Source of the DNA: Octopus vulgaris
Lineage: Eukaryota
Direction of reading: 5' to 3'
Assembly: GCA_951406725.2 (NCBI GenBank)
Contig: OX597814.1
Coordinates: forward strand, 80,414,001-80,478,000
Length of the DNA stretch: 64,000 bases
The position numbers and the translations under genes are program-made. Positions 41,291 through 54,599 of this stretch are shown piece after piece; position 1 is the stretch's first letter, and every line of letters begins with the position of its first letter. Under the pieces are notes generated by a model. That model worked only from the letters and a program-made list of their open reading frames with translations. It was not told where the DNA came from and did not search any database.

Positions 41291-41988
41291 TTATTATAAG
41301 GTTCAGTAAAGAGAGATCTAAGCATAATCTTTCTCTGTGGTACTTAAAAATGCATAAAATATAATGAAATTTAAATGCAGGCTAAACACTCTTGTTATTT
41401 TCTCTTAATTAATTTATCTTTTATAACTTTAATCTCGAACGTAATCTAGCTTGCTCGACTCTCTCATCCATTAGTGTATGATATACATAGTTGGTCGCGC
41501 TAATGTGGATTCTTTACGTCAGTAAAATCTCAATGCTTTTGACTTCATAGCAAACTGGAGATCCTATAAACAATAATTTACTGGCGCTCTTCACATAAGA
41601 AGTTTTAAAAAAAGGCGACCTATGTTTTAAAGTTTAAAATTTTGAAGAAAATATATAGAAAAGATATTTTCCTTGCTTTACTAAACATAATTCTGTACAA
41701 ACAAAATTATAAATAACATGTTCTGTAGTTTATGTTTGTTTTTGAGCGTTTTTCAAGATATCTTTATCTTTTACTGGTTTCAATCATTAAACTACAACCA
41801 TGCTGGGATACTACTTTGAAGAGTTTCGTTGAACAGACCCACAAAAGAACTCATGTTATTTTTAAAGTCTGGTACTTATTTCATCGGTCTCTTTTGCCGA
41901 GCAGCTAAGTTACGGCCACGTAAACAAACCAACATCGGTTATCAAACAGTGGGGGAAAAGCAATCAATAAACACACACACACACAAAC

Positions 41989-42048
<60 letters not shown>

Positions 42049-42060
42049 ATACACATATGT

Positions 42061-43490
42061 GTGTGTGTCATTATTCAGTTTACTTCAAGATTTCTTGCTA
42101 GAAGAGAAAGAACCGGTTTCTAATCTAGACCCACGGTTCCTTCATTGGAATTTCATCAACAACAGGGTATTTTTTTATGTATGTATGTATGTATGTATGC
42201 ATGTGCAGATTTGTATGTTTTATATATGTATTGTCATGCATATAGTTACATATCTAGACATGATCATATATATTTAAATGATAAACTTCTGGAAACACAC
42301 ACACACACACACATATACATACACACACACACACACATATATATATATATGTGTGTGTGTGGGTGTGTGTGTATATATATATATATACATATATATATAC
42401 ATATATATATATATATATGGGGGGGGGGTGCGTGTGCGCGTGTGTCATTATTGAGTTTATTTCAAGATTTCTTGCTGGGAGAGAAAGAAGCGGTTTCTAA
42501 CCAAGATCCAAGGTTCCTTCATTGGAATTTCATCAGCAACTGGCTATTTTTTGTATATATGTATGTGCAGATTTGTATGTTTTATGTATGTATTCTCATG
42601 CATATATTTACATATCTAAACATACTCATATATATTTAAATGATAAACTTCTGAAAAAATTTACAGGTTATTGCAGTTCCAGTGATGGATTGGATCTGTA
42701 GTCTTCGATTTAGCTTTTCTTTTCTGGTTTTGAGACGCCTAATTTCTCAAGATTGGTATTTAGGTAGTGTGTTTCATATCCCAGGACATTTACAAGTATA
42801 AACCTGAACTTGTAATCTGGATAGAGTAACTGCAGATTTCTCAATAGTTAGCATAGGTGTTCTCTTTTTCACTGGTCTTCAGCTATATATTAACATCCGC
42901 TGAGCAGTTAATTTCCACAACTGTGCACAGTCTCTCTTCTCTATCCCAAATCATTATATCAGGTCTATTGTGCTTACATTTTATTGAGGTCTTCACTAGT
43001 ACATTCCACCAGTATTCCTTTGTCCTCGGGATTATCCTTCCGACGAATTTCATTATAGAGTGTCCTAGCTACAACGTCATGTCTCATCGGTAGATAATAC
43101 TGTGATGACATTTTCAGACAACTGCTTATGATGTGATTGATATCTTCAGTGTGAACTCCATAAAGTTTCATCGGTTGTCACATTTTACTGCTTTTCCTTC
43201 ATCCCTTTTGTGCCTCAGGTACTGGGTTGATATTTCCTGTTCCTGGATTGCAAACGCATACGCTTCAAAGTGGGGAGTAGTAATCCGGCTATTCGTCCAT
43301 GATAAACTGCTTTGATGATCGATGTTATTATCATCAAGGAGCTTTCTACTAACATATCCATGCATAGTCTTCTGCTCATATAGTCTCATCCTTTCATCTA
43401 ATGATACGTTGCGGTAGAGTCGTGCAACTTCTTTGGGCATGTATTCTAGGTTATCAGACACAGAGTGTTGCTCAAGGAGCTGTCTTCTAA
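42061..43490 (-). mobile_element. Dong/R4-like non-LTR retrotransposon 3' part with duplicated 3' UTR
   Basis: KTMHG..AFAIQEQEISTQY, degenerate CCHC knuckle (EDINHIISSC), RHDVVA and restriction-like endonuclease HNRPDIMIWD..VVEINC. The 3' UTR occurs twice (about 42066-42296 and 42444-42657). Confidence 0.88.
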
Positions 43491-43594
43491 GTCTTATGAT
43501 GTTATCAGCCTCATGTATGCAAACTTGGTCAAGGGATGCACTTCGACACTTGTATGTATGTATGTATGCATACTTACTTTATATACATGTGTAT

Positions 43595-43709
<115 letters not shown>

Positions 43710-44399
43710 TACATGTGCATATTTATATATATGCATATCTGTACATATGTATGTATATATGCAAGTATATATTTAGAATTTATGAGGAATTTATAAGGTG
43801 ATGCAGAAGTACTCAGCACTGTGACTTCACTATATCTCATAGCAGAAACATATCTCATATATATCTCATAACAGAAAATTAGCTATAAGCTAAAGAAGTC
43901 GGTTACGTAGTTCATGTTTCCTTGTCATTTATATATAACTCCAAGCATCATTAATTTTAGCCTGCTTTCATGTTCCTTGTATATATCAAAGTACTTTTCG
44001 TGTTTGGGTCTCCTTGAGTCAGAAGAAACGTAAAGCCTGTAGATCTGAGCGATAAACGGATGAAGGGTTTGCCAAGCGAGTCAGCAATGCTAAACTCAAA
44101 TACCTAAATGAAGCCCTGTGTCCATTGATAAGTTTAGTGGATAGCTGGTGACTTCTTGTCGAGTTTATCCACCCTTACAGACAGATATAGACATACTCAA
44201 CCAGCTTCCACGCACCAATGAGAGACTTTATATTTGTGTGGCCGGTTTAATCACTGACAGCTAAACCATGAAATAGATAGTACTGGTTTACCTGATTACC
44301 AGCAATAGATCTTGTAACTTGACACATACAACTGAAAATTAATATAAGTAACCAAATTCATTACAACACCTTTCTTGGCGTTGCTTTCTATTCAGTACG

Positions 44400-44697
44400 C
44401 TTTACCTTACTAAAACCGCGAGGTGAACGATCCTCAGCTCTCTTCAGTCAACTATCGTCACCACAACACATCAGTGAGCAACGAAAAACGCTTTCATAAA
44501 CTTTAAAGACGGCTAATAGAATCAGTTTCTCCAGATAGCAGAACGATAGTTCATAGAATTCAACAACTTCGGAAGTGCCACCATAAATATTCTTTTCTAC
44601 TCTAGACGCAAGACCCGATCCACCATAGATATTGCACAACATACATTAAGCAAACAACTGCAAAGCCTCCAAAATCATTTCTCGCAAAGCAACATTC

Positions 44698-44759
<62 letters not shown>

Positions 44760-45640
44760 GAAAAAAATCAAGTATGGACATCTTGAAATACAATACACCA
44801 ACACTGCAAATAACAGAAATATAATTGCAAACGACACAAACAAATAAAGGAAATAAAACAAAAGGCGAGCATTACGCTGGCAAATATTTGTGTCCAACAT
44901 TAACCACAAAACAAACAGTAAAATGCTATGCAAAATAATTAACAGCACCAATTACGTTAAAAATAGCCACACCATATCACATGTCACAATAACAATTTCA
45001 AGTAGCCTTTTCACACTTTATTAGCGAGTGAACTCGCTTCTGAAACAATTTCCATAAATCGGTCAACGAAAAGGGGTATTAGAAAGACTAAAATCACGTC
45101 TAGACTCCTCCCTTCTTTAAATCAAATCCCAGTAAAGAAATAAGGATATAACAAAACTCAAAGCTTCAGCACCCTACAAAATTGCGAATATTTATTAAAA
45201 ATAATAAAGAGCTAAATGAGTTATTTACACATGCAAGCGTCTTTGACTACAAGTAACAACATAGTCAATTTCTTAAAATCTAACAATTCTAAAAAATTAT
45301 AATAATTTCAAAAAGTAACAAACTCCCAAGTGTATCAGTATCACTTAGATACACATACCATCTTTTTACAGTCTGAAAAAATTCTGAAGAGATTCGATCT
45401 TCATATAACCAGATTCCACCTTTTATTTTCGAAATTTAAACACAATCCCATGGATTCACTACATTAAAATTACTACACTTTAATCATGATTTACGCAGGT
45501 CCTGTCTTGCTACAATAATCAAAACAAGCGTACATTGTATATTCATAGTCTGCGCACAATCTTAATAGACCGGCATCTCAACTAAACAAATATAATTACA
45601 ACGAAAGACCACCTTAGACATTTTGAGATAAACGGTTCTT
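44400..45640 (+). mobile_element. Possible very old Penelope-like remnant
   Basis: A/C-rich decayed coding-like sequence; IPSFYSLKK near 45355 resembles P.FYGLPKIHK. Confidence 0.25.
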
Positions 45641-45885
45641 TGTCCTGATGCCAGTTCAACACAGTCTTGTTTTTTGTTTCTTTTTTTTTCACTTGTTTCA
45701 GTCATTAAACTGTGGCCATGCTGAGGCACCGGCTTCGAGAATTTTTTGGGTTGAATTAATAAACTCTAGTATTCATTATTTTCTTTAAGGCTGGTACTTA
45801 TTCTATTGGTCTGTTTTGCCGGTAGAGGGAGACAAACACAGACACAAAGACACGCTCACACACACACACACACACACACACTCAT

Positions 45886-45943
<58 letters not shown>

Positions 45944-46567
45944 GCACACACATATACATGTTCCATATCAAAGCATAGAGACACAACCTGTACACCCGTT
46001 AACACATTTACACGAGCACTAGTCTTGCCACCCAGTCCATATAAACACAAAATCCCTATATATGCTAAAACAGACACAGCATCGATAACCTCATGAGTAA
46101 GAGCCAATAAAGGAACTTCTGTGTGGCCCCTGGCTCTTCAGAAGTAGCACCTAAATCTCCTTCAAATCACTTTATATTAATTTGGAAAAAAAAGCAAAAA
46201 CAAATCCTACTATAGCAATGAATAACGTAGTCCTAGATATTGGTGAATTAGAGGGATGGTCACTATTGAATGCTTTTCATCATTAGATCTTGATCACTTT
46301 AACAACAACCTCATTAGTTCCAAACAACACGCAGGAACACCACACCACTAGAAATAAATAGGAGAAGCAACTGACTCACCTCTTTTGTGTTCATCACCAT
46401 AAGGAAATTCTATGGCAACGCTTAGGAACCTTCTTCAGTCCAATACGTTTGTTGCAAAATACTTAGGAGTGTATAGGAACACATTTGAACTGAAAAATAA
46501 TGAATCGTTAATTTGACAAATTCACAGGACTTATGTTAAATTACTGTTTTGATCTTAGTATGCAACA

Positions 46568-46623
<56 letters not shown>

Positions 46624-46833
46624 TATACATATATATGTATATATATATATATAGAAAGAGAGAGAGAGTTCATATATTGTCATTAAAACTTCCACAGCTT
46701 GAAGTTGAGATCAACCAATCAACTTTTGTTAGAAACATCTTTTTCTTGTTTCAGTTAAGAGACTGCAAATATGCTGGGGCACCAGCTTGAAGGTTCCTTT
46801 GTGCCGAGAGAAGCGCCTATATGTATGTGTGTG

Positions 46834-46866
<33 letters not shown>

Positions 46867-47088
46867 TTATGTGCATGCATAGATCTGTCTGTCTCCCACA
46901 ACCGTTTGATAACCGATGCTGGTGTCTTTTCGTCCCCGTAGCCTATCAGTTTGGCAACAGAAATCGATATGGTAAGTACCAGGTTTTAAAGATAATTGTG
47001 TCGATTCATTCGACTAAAATTCTTCAAGGCGATACCCCAGCATGGCCGCAGTCTAATGACTGAAACAAGTAAAAGATACATATATATA

Positions 47089-47493
47089 TCTTATATAAAA
47101 TCCGTTCTGTCTGTCTGTCTGTGTGTCTTCTCGGATCTCGGGCATCCTCCATCCGATTGCGCTCAAATATGATATGTAGATACCAACAGTATCAGGGCGT
47201 GTATAAGTCTTGAATGCGATCGATAAAAGTGAGAATGCTATCGATAAAGCAAATTTTTGTCCTGCTTTTCTTCTATCAACCTGTATATAACTGCACCATC
47301 CATTTTTTGTTTTTATACTGCTTAAAGACACGTTTCTTTCCTGCCAAGCTTACTATTTAAACCATGTTTGTGTTCTCCCAGTCAAGCCTTATCATTACTG
47401 GTACTTTAAACACTTCGGTTGCATATTTGTGTGAATAAAATCGTTTATCTTTGGAATAGAAAAAAAGTCTATCCTTATTTCTTCTTTTGCTAG
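47089..47493 (+). mobile_element. Non-autonomous Helitron
   Basis: A|TCTTATATAAAA start, (TCTG)n near the 5' end, subterminal hairpin GGAATAGA...TCTATCC, CTAG|T end, no TSD. Confidence 0.7.
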
Positions 47494-47650
47494 TGTCTCA
47501 AATTTAGGTTAAATCAGTGTTTCTCAAAGGGAGGGCCTATGGGACGGTGGGACAAGTTGTTTTGAGAAAAATTTGGTTTAAATGTTTGACAACTCAGCAC
47601 CGTACATTGGACGGGGGGCGTTTTGCTCGTGTATATATATATATATATAT

Positions 47651-47755
47651 AGTGAGAATTTACAAAACAACAAAAGACGAAGACGGATGTGTAAAAAACA
47701 AACAGATGTATTTGTTTAACGACCGGAAAGTGAGAAAGTCTTTTACGTTTCGAAC
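47651..47755 (-). mobile_element. Truncated Penelope 3'-tail copy
   Basis: AACAAAAGACGAAGAC...AAACAAACAGATGTATT...AAAGTCTTTTACGTTTCGA matches the tail family. Confidence 0.8.
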
Positions 47756-48292
47756 GGAGCACCGCCTTGAAGGGTTTTAGTCGAACAAATCGACCCGAGG
47801 AATTTCTTGAAGCCTTGTATCGGCTCCTTTAGTCGAACAGCTGTTACATGAACGTAAACACACCAACATTGGTTGTCAAGCAGTTATTGGGTACAGACAC
47901 AGACACAAAGACACACACACATAGATATATACATATATGTATGTATATAAGACGGCCTTCTTTCAGTTTCCGTCTTCCAAATCCGCTCACAAAGCTCTGG
48001 TCGGTCCGTGACTATAGTAGAAGACACTTGCACAAGGTGTCACGCAGTGAGACTGAACCTGGAACCATGTGGTTGGGAAGCAACCACATTTTATTTGATT
48101 TAAAGTATGGCGTGTGTTTTAAAAAATGTTTGGGCAGGCGTAGCAGTGTGGTAAGAAGTTTGCTGCTCAACCACATGGTTCCGGGTTCAGTCCCACTGTG
48201 TGACACCTTGAGCAAGTGTCTTCTACTACAGCCTCGGGTCAACCAAATCTTGTGATTGGATTTGGTAGATGGAAACTGAAAGAAGCTTGTCA
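47755..48292. mobile_element. Head-to-head pair of SINE family B copies
   Basis: 47755-48088(-) and 48132-48292(+); about 130 bp are mutually reverse-complementary. Confidence 0.88.
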
Positions 48293-48300
48293 TATATATC

Positions 48301-48401
<101 letters not shown>

Positions 48402-48402
48402 T

Positions 48403-48456
<54 letters not shown>

Positions 48457-48474
48457 CAGACAGATATTATAATT

Positions 48475-49034
48475 CTATAGCTGTCTAATGCTAGTTCAGG
48501 CCTGAAACCACCTATACTACTGGTGTTGTTATCACCAACTATTTATATTACCGGAGATAATAACAATAATAATATATATATAAATATTTACTCTTTATTA
48601 GTATATTTACACTGAAGCTGTTCTGATTTTGGTGGAAAACAATTCCGAACGCCGGCAGACTTCAACGTGACGAGTTGAAAAACACTTTTTCAATCGGTAA
48701 TACTTGCTGATGAAGGTAAGGCATTTCACCAGAACCAGAAATCATGATCCAAATATATTCAAATACCAGAATATATAGCATTGGGCTATAGAGGTATGTT
48801 TAAATTTCTTTAACCCGTTCGCCCGACTACTGTTGATTTTCTGTCGTATTTTTCAGTGTTTCAGTGTTATTGGTGGTTCAAATGAGGGTTTTAACTCCTC
48901 TATAGCTATCTAATGCTATTTAAGGCCTGCAACCTCCTATATTTTTCTTGTTATTATCAACTACTTATATTACCGCAGATAATAATAACAATAATAGTAT
49001 CTATATAAATATTCACTTCTGAATATTTACTCCC
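48475..49034 (+). mobile_element. Penelope-type pseudo-LTR unit with terminal direct repeats and a degenerate hammerhead core
   Basis: Diverged direct repeats 48475-48594 and 48900-49020; CTGATGA-A-GGT...ACC at 48707-48730; flanked by GATA and TG microsatellites. Confidence 0.6.
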
Positions 49035-49074
49035 GATATGTGTGTGCGTGTGTGTGTCTTTGTGTATATGTATA

Positions 49075-49132
<58 letters not shown>

Positions 49133-49899
49133 TGTCTATGTTTGTCCCTCCATCACCGCTTAACAACCGGTGTTGGTGTGTTTACTACCCCGTAACTTAG
49201 CAGTTCGGCAAAAGAGACCGACAGAATAAGTACTAAGCTTAAGAAATAAGTTCTGGGGTAGATTTATTCAACTAAAACACTTCAATGCGGTGCTCCAGCA
49301 TAGCCACAGTCAAATGACTGAAACTAGTCAAAGAATAAAAGAATAACCACTCCACTATGTGTTCGCTTAAATCATAAATGAGAATAGTTTCTAATACACA
49401 AATAAACAGAATGGTCATAGTTGAAACACCTTCGATCATTTGTCTGCTCAATTACAGACCTCGATTAACCAACCACCCTATAAACATGTAATGAGCTGGA
49501 AAAAACAATCCTTGTTTCAAACCAACCTGCAAACAGTTTGCTTGTTTTTTGCAAATAACATTTTCCGATACATTTAATAGAAACATTTACTTTTTGGGTT
49601 TAATTAGACTTTGTAACACAATTTTTATTGCTGGTTATTCGGTGTTATTTGCTAATCGCTAAAGTCAAGAAAATGGCCATTATCACCTTCAAATTTCGCT
49701 TTTGTAACCTGGCTAATTATATTTACTTATTTCCGATGGGAAAACAAGAGAATACGCACATTTTAATTCGTTTAAGGTTAGAGAGAAAATGAATAAGATA
49801 TGAATCAAATTTAACGTGCTTTTATATTTAGTGCAGAGAAGTTTACAAGAGAATAGTTTTTTGCGATTCGCGACTGTAACATAACTCACTTTCGCATGT

Positions 49900-50860
49900 G
49901 AGTCACCAAATGTAGTCTCCGATCGGGTTTTCGTTATACTTTTCTTGGAATCAGCCGTTCAAAGACCAATGTATATACTCTAGTAAAAGCACTGGGATAT
50001 ACTGAATTTCCTGAGTATGCTCCTAGTTTTTCCTTGAATTTATCAAGATAAACATTAAAGATATGAATTTTCAGGGACATTCTGCAGTTCACTTCACTTT
50101 AGTCCTTCATCTGTTCATTTTACTTCAGTTCATCTTTCGCAACCAGCTCCACACATTTTTCTGCTTTGTGAATAAGGGAAAATCTAAATAACTGAGACAA
50201 AATTGTTCCAAGCTGCTTTTTCTGCTTGCTACTGAGTATGGTGGAGGATTTCGTGCATTCCTAGATCTTCTGTTGTCCGACAAATACATTTGCTTTGGTC
50301 TTTGCTACAGATACCACAGGGAAGAATTCTTGAAGGTATTTCAAAACGGAACATTCCTTATCAAGAGCCGGGACAAATTGCTTCATAAAGCACAATGATG
50401 GGAGTAACACCTTCCAAAGCTCTCCCAGTATCTCACACTTGACTCCGGAGAACTCTCATTCGAGTCCTTCCCCACTTGTGTTAGTGTGCAACAGTGTCCC
50501 TGCTTCCCCATAGAGAAAGATAGTAAGGAAACTTGGTAAAGTCACCTTGGTAACTTTATCAAGAATGCCACTATCTTGGAGTCTCCGATAAACGTCACAC
50601 CTTATTAATCACACTCATTGAAGGCAAACAGCAAAATTCTTGATGCTGATGTATTCTTCTTTGAGGTGCACGAAATAAACCTGAGGGAGAGAAGGAAACA
50701 TCTTTCCATTATGGAGCAATACGGCTTTGAGAATACTAGACGAGCTGGCAATGAAGTGGTGACGCTCATTTGAGTTACAGGTGATTCATTTTGACGGCTG
50801 AAGAACCTTGAAAAATCCAAGACCCTATTCCCGTAGCATGTAAGTCGCACACTTTTTCTC
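49900..50860 (-). mobile_element. Chapaev3-like (CMC) transposase remnant
   Basis: IGDSKIVAFL..FTKFPYYLSLWGSR, FMKQFVPALDKE..KYLQEFFP, EKAAWNNF and CRMSLKIHIF..LDKFKEKLGAYS. Superfamily label is from recalled motifs. Confidence 0.75.
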
Positions 50861-51014
50861 TGCTCATTCTCTCCCTAACAGCATCCCTGAAATTGCAATC
50901 CGTATTTTCAACGTCTTCTGACTTGCTGCTCTCTTCTAAAAACGGCTCTCTCTTTCAATCTCTTTCTCCCTCTCTCTCTCCCTCTCTCTCTCCCCCTCTC
51001 TCTCCTCTCTCCCT

Positions 51015-51050
<36 letters not shown>

Positions 51051-52069
51051 TCACCCTTTAATTTTCACTCACCCTCTCTCTTCCTCCCTCCTCTCTCTCT
51101 GGCAGAATGGGTGCGGGTAGTTCAGGACAGTGAGTGACAACGCGATGTATAATGAAAGGTACGATTACATGATAGCGAAGGAATTCTTGCCAATATGATG
51201 TTTGGAAAGGCCCATTAAGTACAGGTGATAGTTGATTACGAAGTCAGTAGGTTTTCGCCATTATCTTGGGAGGGATGACGGACTGCGTTGTTTTTGTTTT
51301 CTTATATGTACCATCCTGCAAATGAACAATATGCAAATCTTTTTAAGAAAAAGTAAAATTATCTTAACTACGACTGATGTGTAAAATATTTTTCATATAT
51401 TTCTTATTTAATATATTTTTTTTTATCATATTGGAAATTTTACATCTTAACTTCTAGAGTTTTGGGAAAGCTTACATGTTAAATTAGGTGCCCAGAGTTT
51501 GCTTTGACCCCAGGTCAAACATGAAGAAATATGCGGTGAGAGCTTTATATAGTTCATCAGATTCTACCACTGTATATTTTGGCTTTTCTCTTGATAAATT
51601 AGTCATCAGACATGGCAAAATGCGTCTACAGATGCTCGCAGCGTTTTGACACCACCTCTAGTAGATGTATGTATGCCTATCTACATATACAACCAGAACT
51701 GCAGTGATGAGCTTTGGGACATGGTATTCTTATTACTATTTCTATTACTGGAAAATTCTAACAAGTTCTTGGAAAAATCTTGAAATTCCAATAAAATTTA
51801 CAATCACTCATCACTGAATCTATCTAAAATGTTCTACAAAACAGGATACTTTCAAAGTACCATTGCCGAGATTACAAAAGCAAGGTTTAAATAGAATAAT
51901 AGCTATTTCTAAAACATTTCAGGCATATGCAATGAGGAAATAACACTTACTGTTCTGGAACAAGAAGGAATAAACATAACTTTATTTGTGTTTTTTATCC
52001 TGCTGTTATAAAAAAAAATGGAAAATTCTCTACCATCTCGCCATATAAAATAACAACAACAACAACAAC

Positions 52070-52214
<145 letters not shown>

Positions 52215-52846
52215 GCCATTCTACTGTAGGCAGAAGACCTGAAATTTTGGAGGAAGGGGACTACACAATTAGATTAACCCCAGTGCTCAGCTGGTACTTA
52301 TTTTATCGAAGTCGAAAGGATGAAAGGCAATGTCGACCACGTCGGTATTTGAACTCTGAACCGTAAAGAATTGCTACTAAACAATTTTCCGGGTCATCGC
52401 CTTCACTATTACAACAATAATAACTTCTAACATAGGGAGTAATTAGTTGGGGGTGAGGAACAGTCGATTATATCGCCCCTAGTACTTTATTTTATCAACC
52501 ACGGAAAGCAAAGATGACTTCGGTGGGATCAAAAACTCAAGCATTTTCTCCAACACTCTACAGATTCCTCTGCCAATCCATAAATAATTGACTTGTTGAA
52601 AATAGTAGCCAATCTCCCTTAAATCACATCCTGCAGTTATGAAAATCAAAAAGGGGACGCACACACTGGTTAATGCTGTCCTACGTACACCATGTCTTAA
52701 AAATGATAGGTACGTATTTCATCAAGGATGAGAGGCAAAATCGAACTCGACGGAATTTGGACTTAGAACATGAAGACGAAATGCCGCTAAGCATTTTGCC
52801 CGGCCTGCTAACGGTTCTACATCAACAACAACAGCAACCACATCAA

Positions 52847-53228
52847 TGATGATGATGATGATGATGATGATGAGGAGGAGGAGGAGGAGGAGGAGGAGGA
52901 GGTGGAGGAGGAGGACGTGGAGGCCGAGGAGGAGGAGGAGGTGGAGGACGACGATGATGATGATGATGACGATGGTGATGATGATGAATGATGATGGTGA
53001 CGATGATGATGACGACGACGATGATGATGACGATGACGGCTACGATGATGATAATGATGTTTGAGCTTTTTCTTTATTAATCGTTGTAACTGTAAAGTAA
53101 CGGTGTTAATTGTTATAGTTTTGTAATTGTAGTAATTGGCACACTCATAATTTATAATGTAATTTAGGCAGAGCAGACGTTTGGGCGTTAGATTCCAGCG
53201 CAAATTCTTCTATTTTTATAATAGTAAC

Positions 53229-53285
<57 letters not shown>

Positions 53286-53362
53286 GGTGGTGGTAGTGGT
53301 GGTGGTGGTGGTGGTGGTGGTGGTGGTGGTAGTAGCAGTGGTGGTGTTGGTCGTCGTGTAGG

Positions 53363-53422
<60 letters not shown>

Positions 53423-53445
53423 TGTTGTTGTTGTTGTTGTTGTCG
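52847..53445. repeat. Compound trinucleotide low-complexity tract (GAT, GAG, GTA, GGT, GTT)
   Basis: Directly visible. Confidence 0.95.
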
Positions 53446-54599
53446 TTTGTTTCATTTCGTGACCGAGATAATGCTTTCTCTTCTATGCAATTGTTATAAT
53501 TACTGCAGCGAAGTAGAGGAGTTTTCTGAAACACAAAATCCTTTTCAGTAAGTTAATTAAATAATTTCATAGCCTTTAAACTGTTTCAGGTGTTGGTGCT
53601 TTTTTGTTTTTGTTTTGTTTTGTAATAACCTGTTGGTTTTTATATAGGAAGAGTCAGACCCTTAGTTAACACGGGTATATTAAATATTATCCACCACCGC
53701 TACGACCACTTCACAAACACATACACACATACACACACACGCACGCACGCACACGCACACGCACACACGCACTCTCTCTCTCTCGCTTTCACACTTGTTA
53801 CTTTTTCTCTTATAGCTGTCTCGTTCTAACACAACACGAATACATACATTGAAACATACACCCATACATCATGCGGGTATGGGTGACGTACACGCACATA
53901 CACACACATACATACACACATACGTATATAGACACGTGTACGCACACAGAGACACACACATGCACACACGCACATGCATGAGCGCGCACGTACACACACA
54001 CACACATTTGTGCACTTACGTAAACCCCGGAGTCGCAGTTCACTTACCTGAAGCTGCACCGAGTGGCCGAGAAAAACACTTAGCAATCAATAACTCCAGG
54101 TCTCCTTGTTACAAATAGCCAGTTAATAAGAACACTTATATGCTATAGAAGTGATAAGTGTCTCTCTTTACTTACAGCTTAGTTTACACACTCCAATGAA
54201 CTTGCAATAGTAGAAGTCAGATACAATATTTTCTCACGGCAAGTGCTTTTGTGTGAGTGATAAGCACTATTCTAGGACCTCCATTGGTTCAGCCAAAACA
54301 CAATAAGCATTAGCACCTGTGTACACAGGTGCTGATACTTTTTTTTAACAGCTGCTTGTGCATGCAAGTGTCTCTTCCTCGTGCCAATAATGTTGTCCAA
54401 AGGAATACTAGCACTCCAAGGTGACACAGCATAGCACCTGGGTGGTCGAAGCTGTTTCTGTCAGGATGCCAACAACCAGAACGGATACCGAATGAAGACA
54501 ACCTGAACCGATGATACGAACGAATGTGAGTTTCCAATCATAGCTATTTTATTTGTTCTTGCAGAAAAGTTATGACTGTCAATATGAATGAAATTAATA

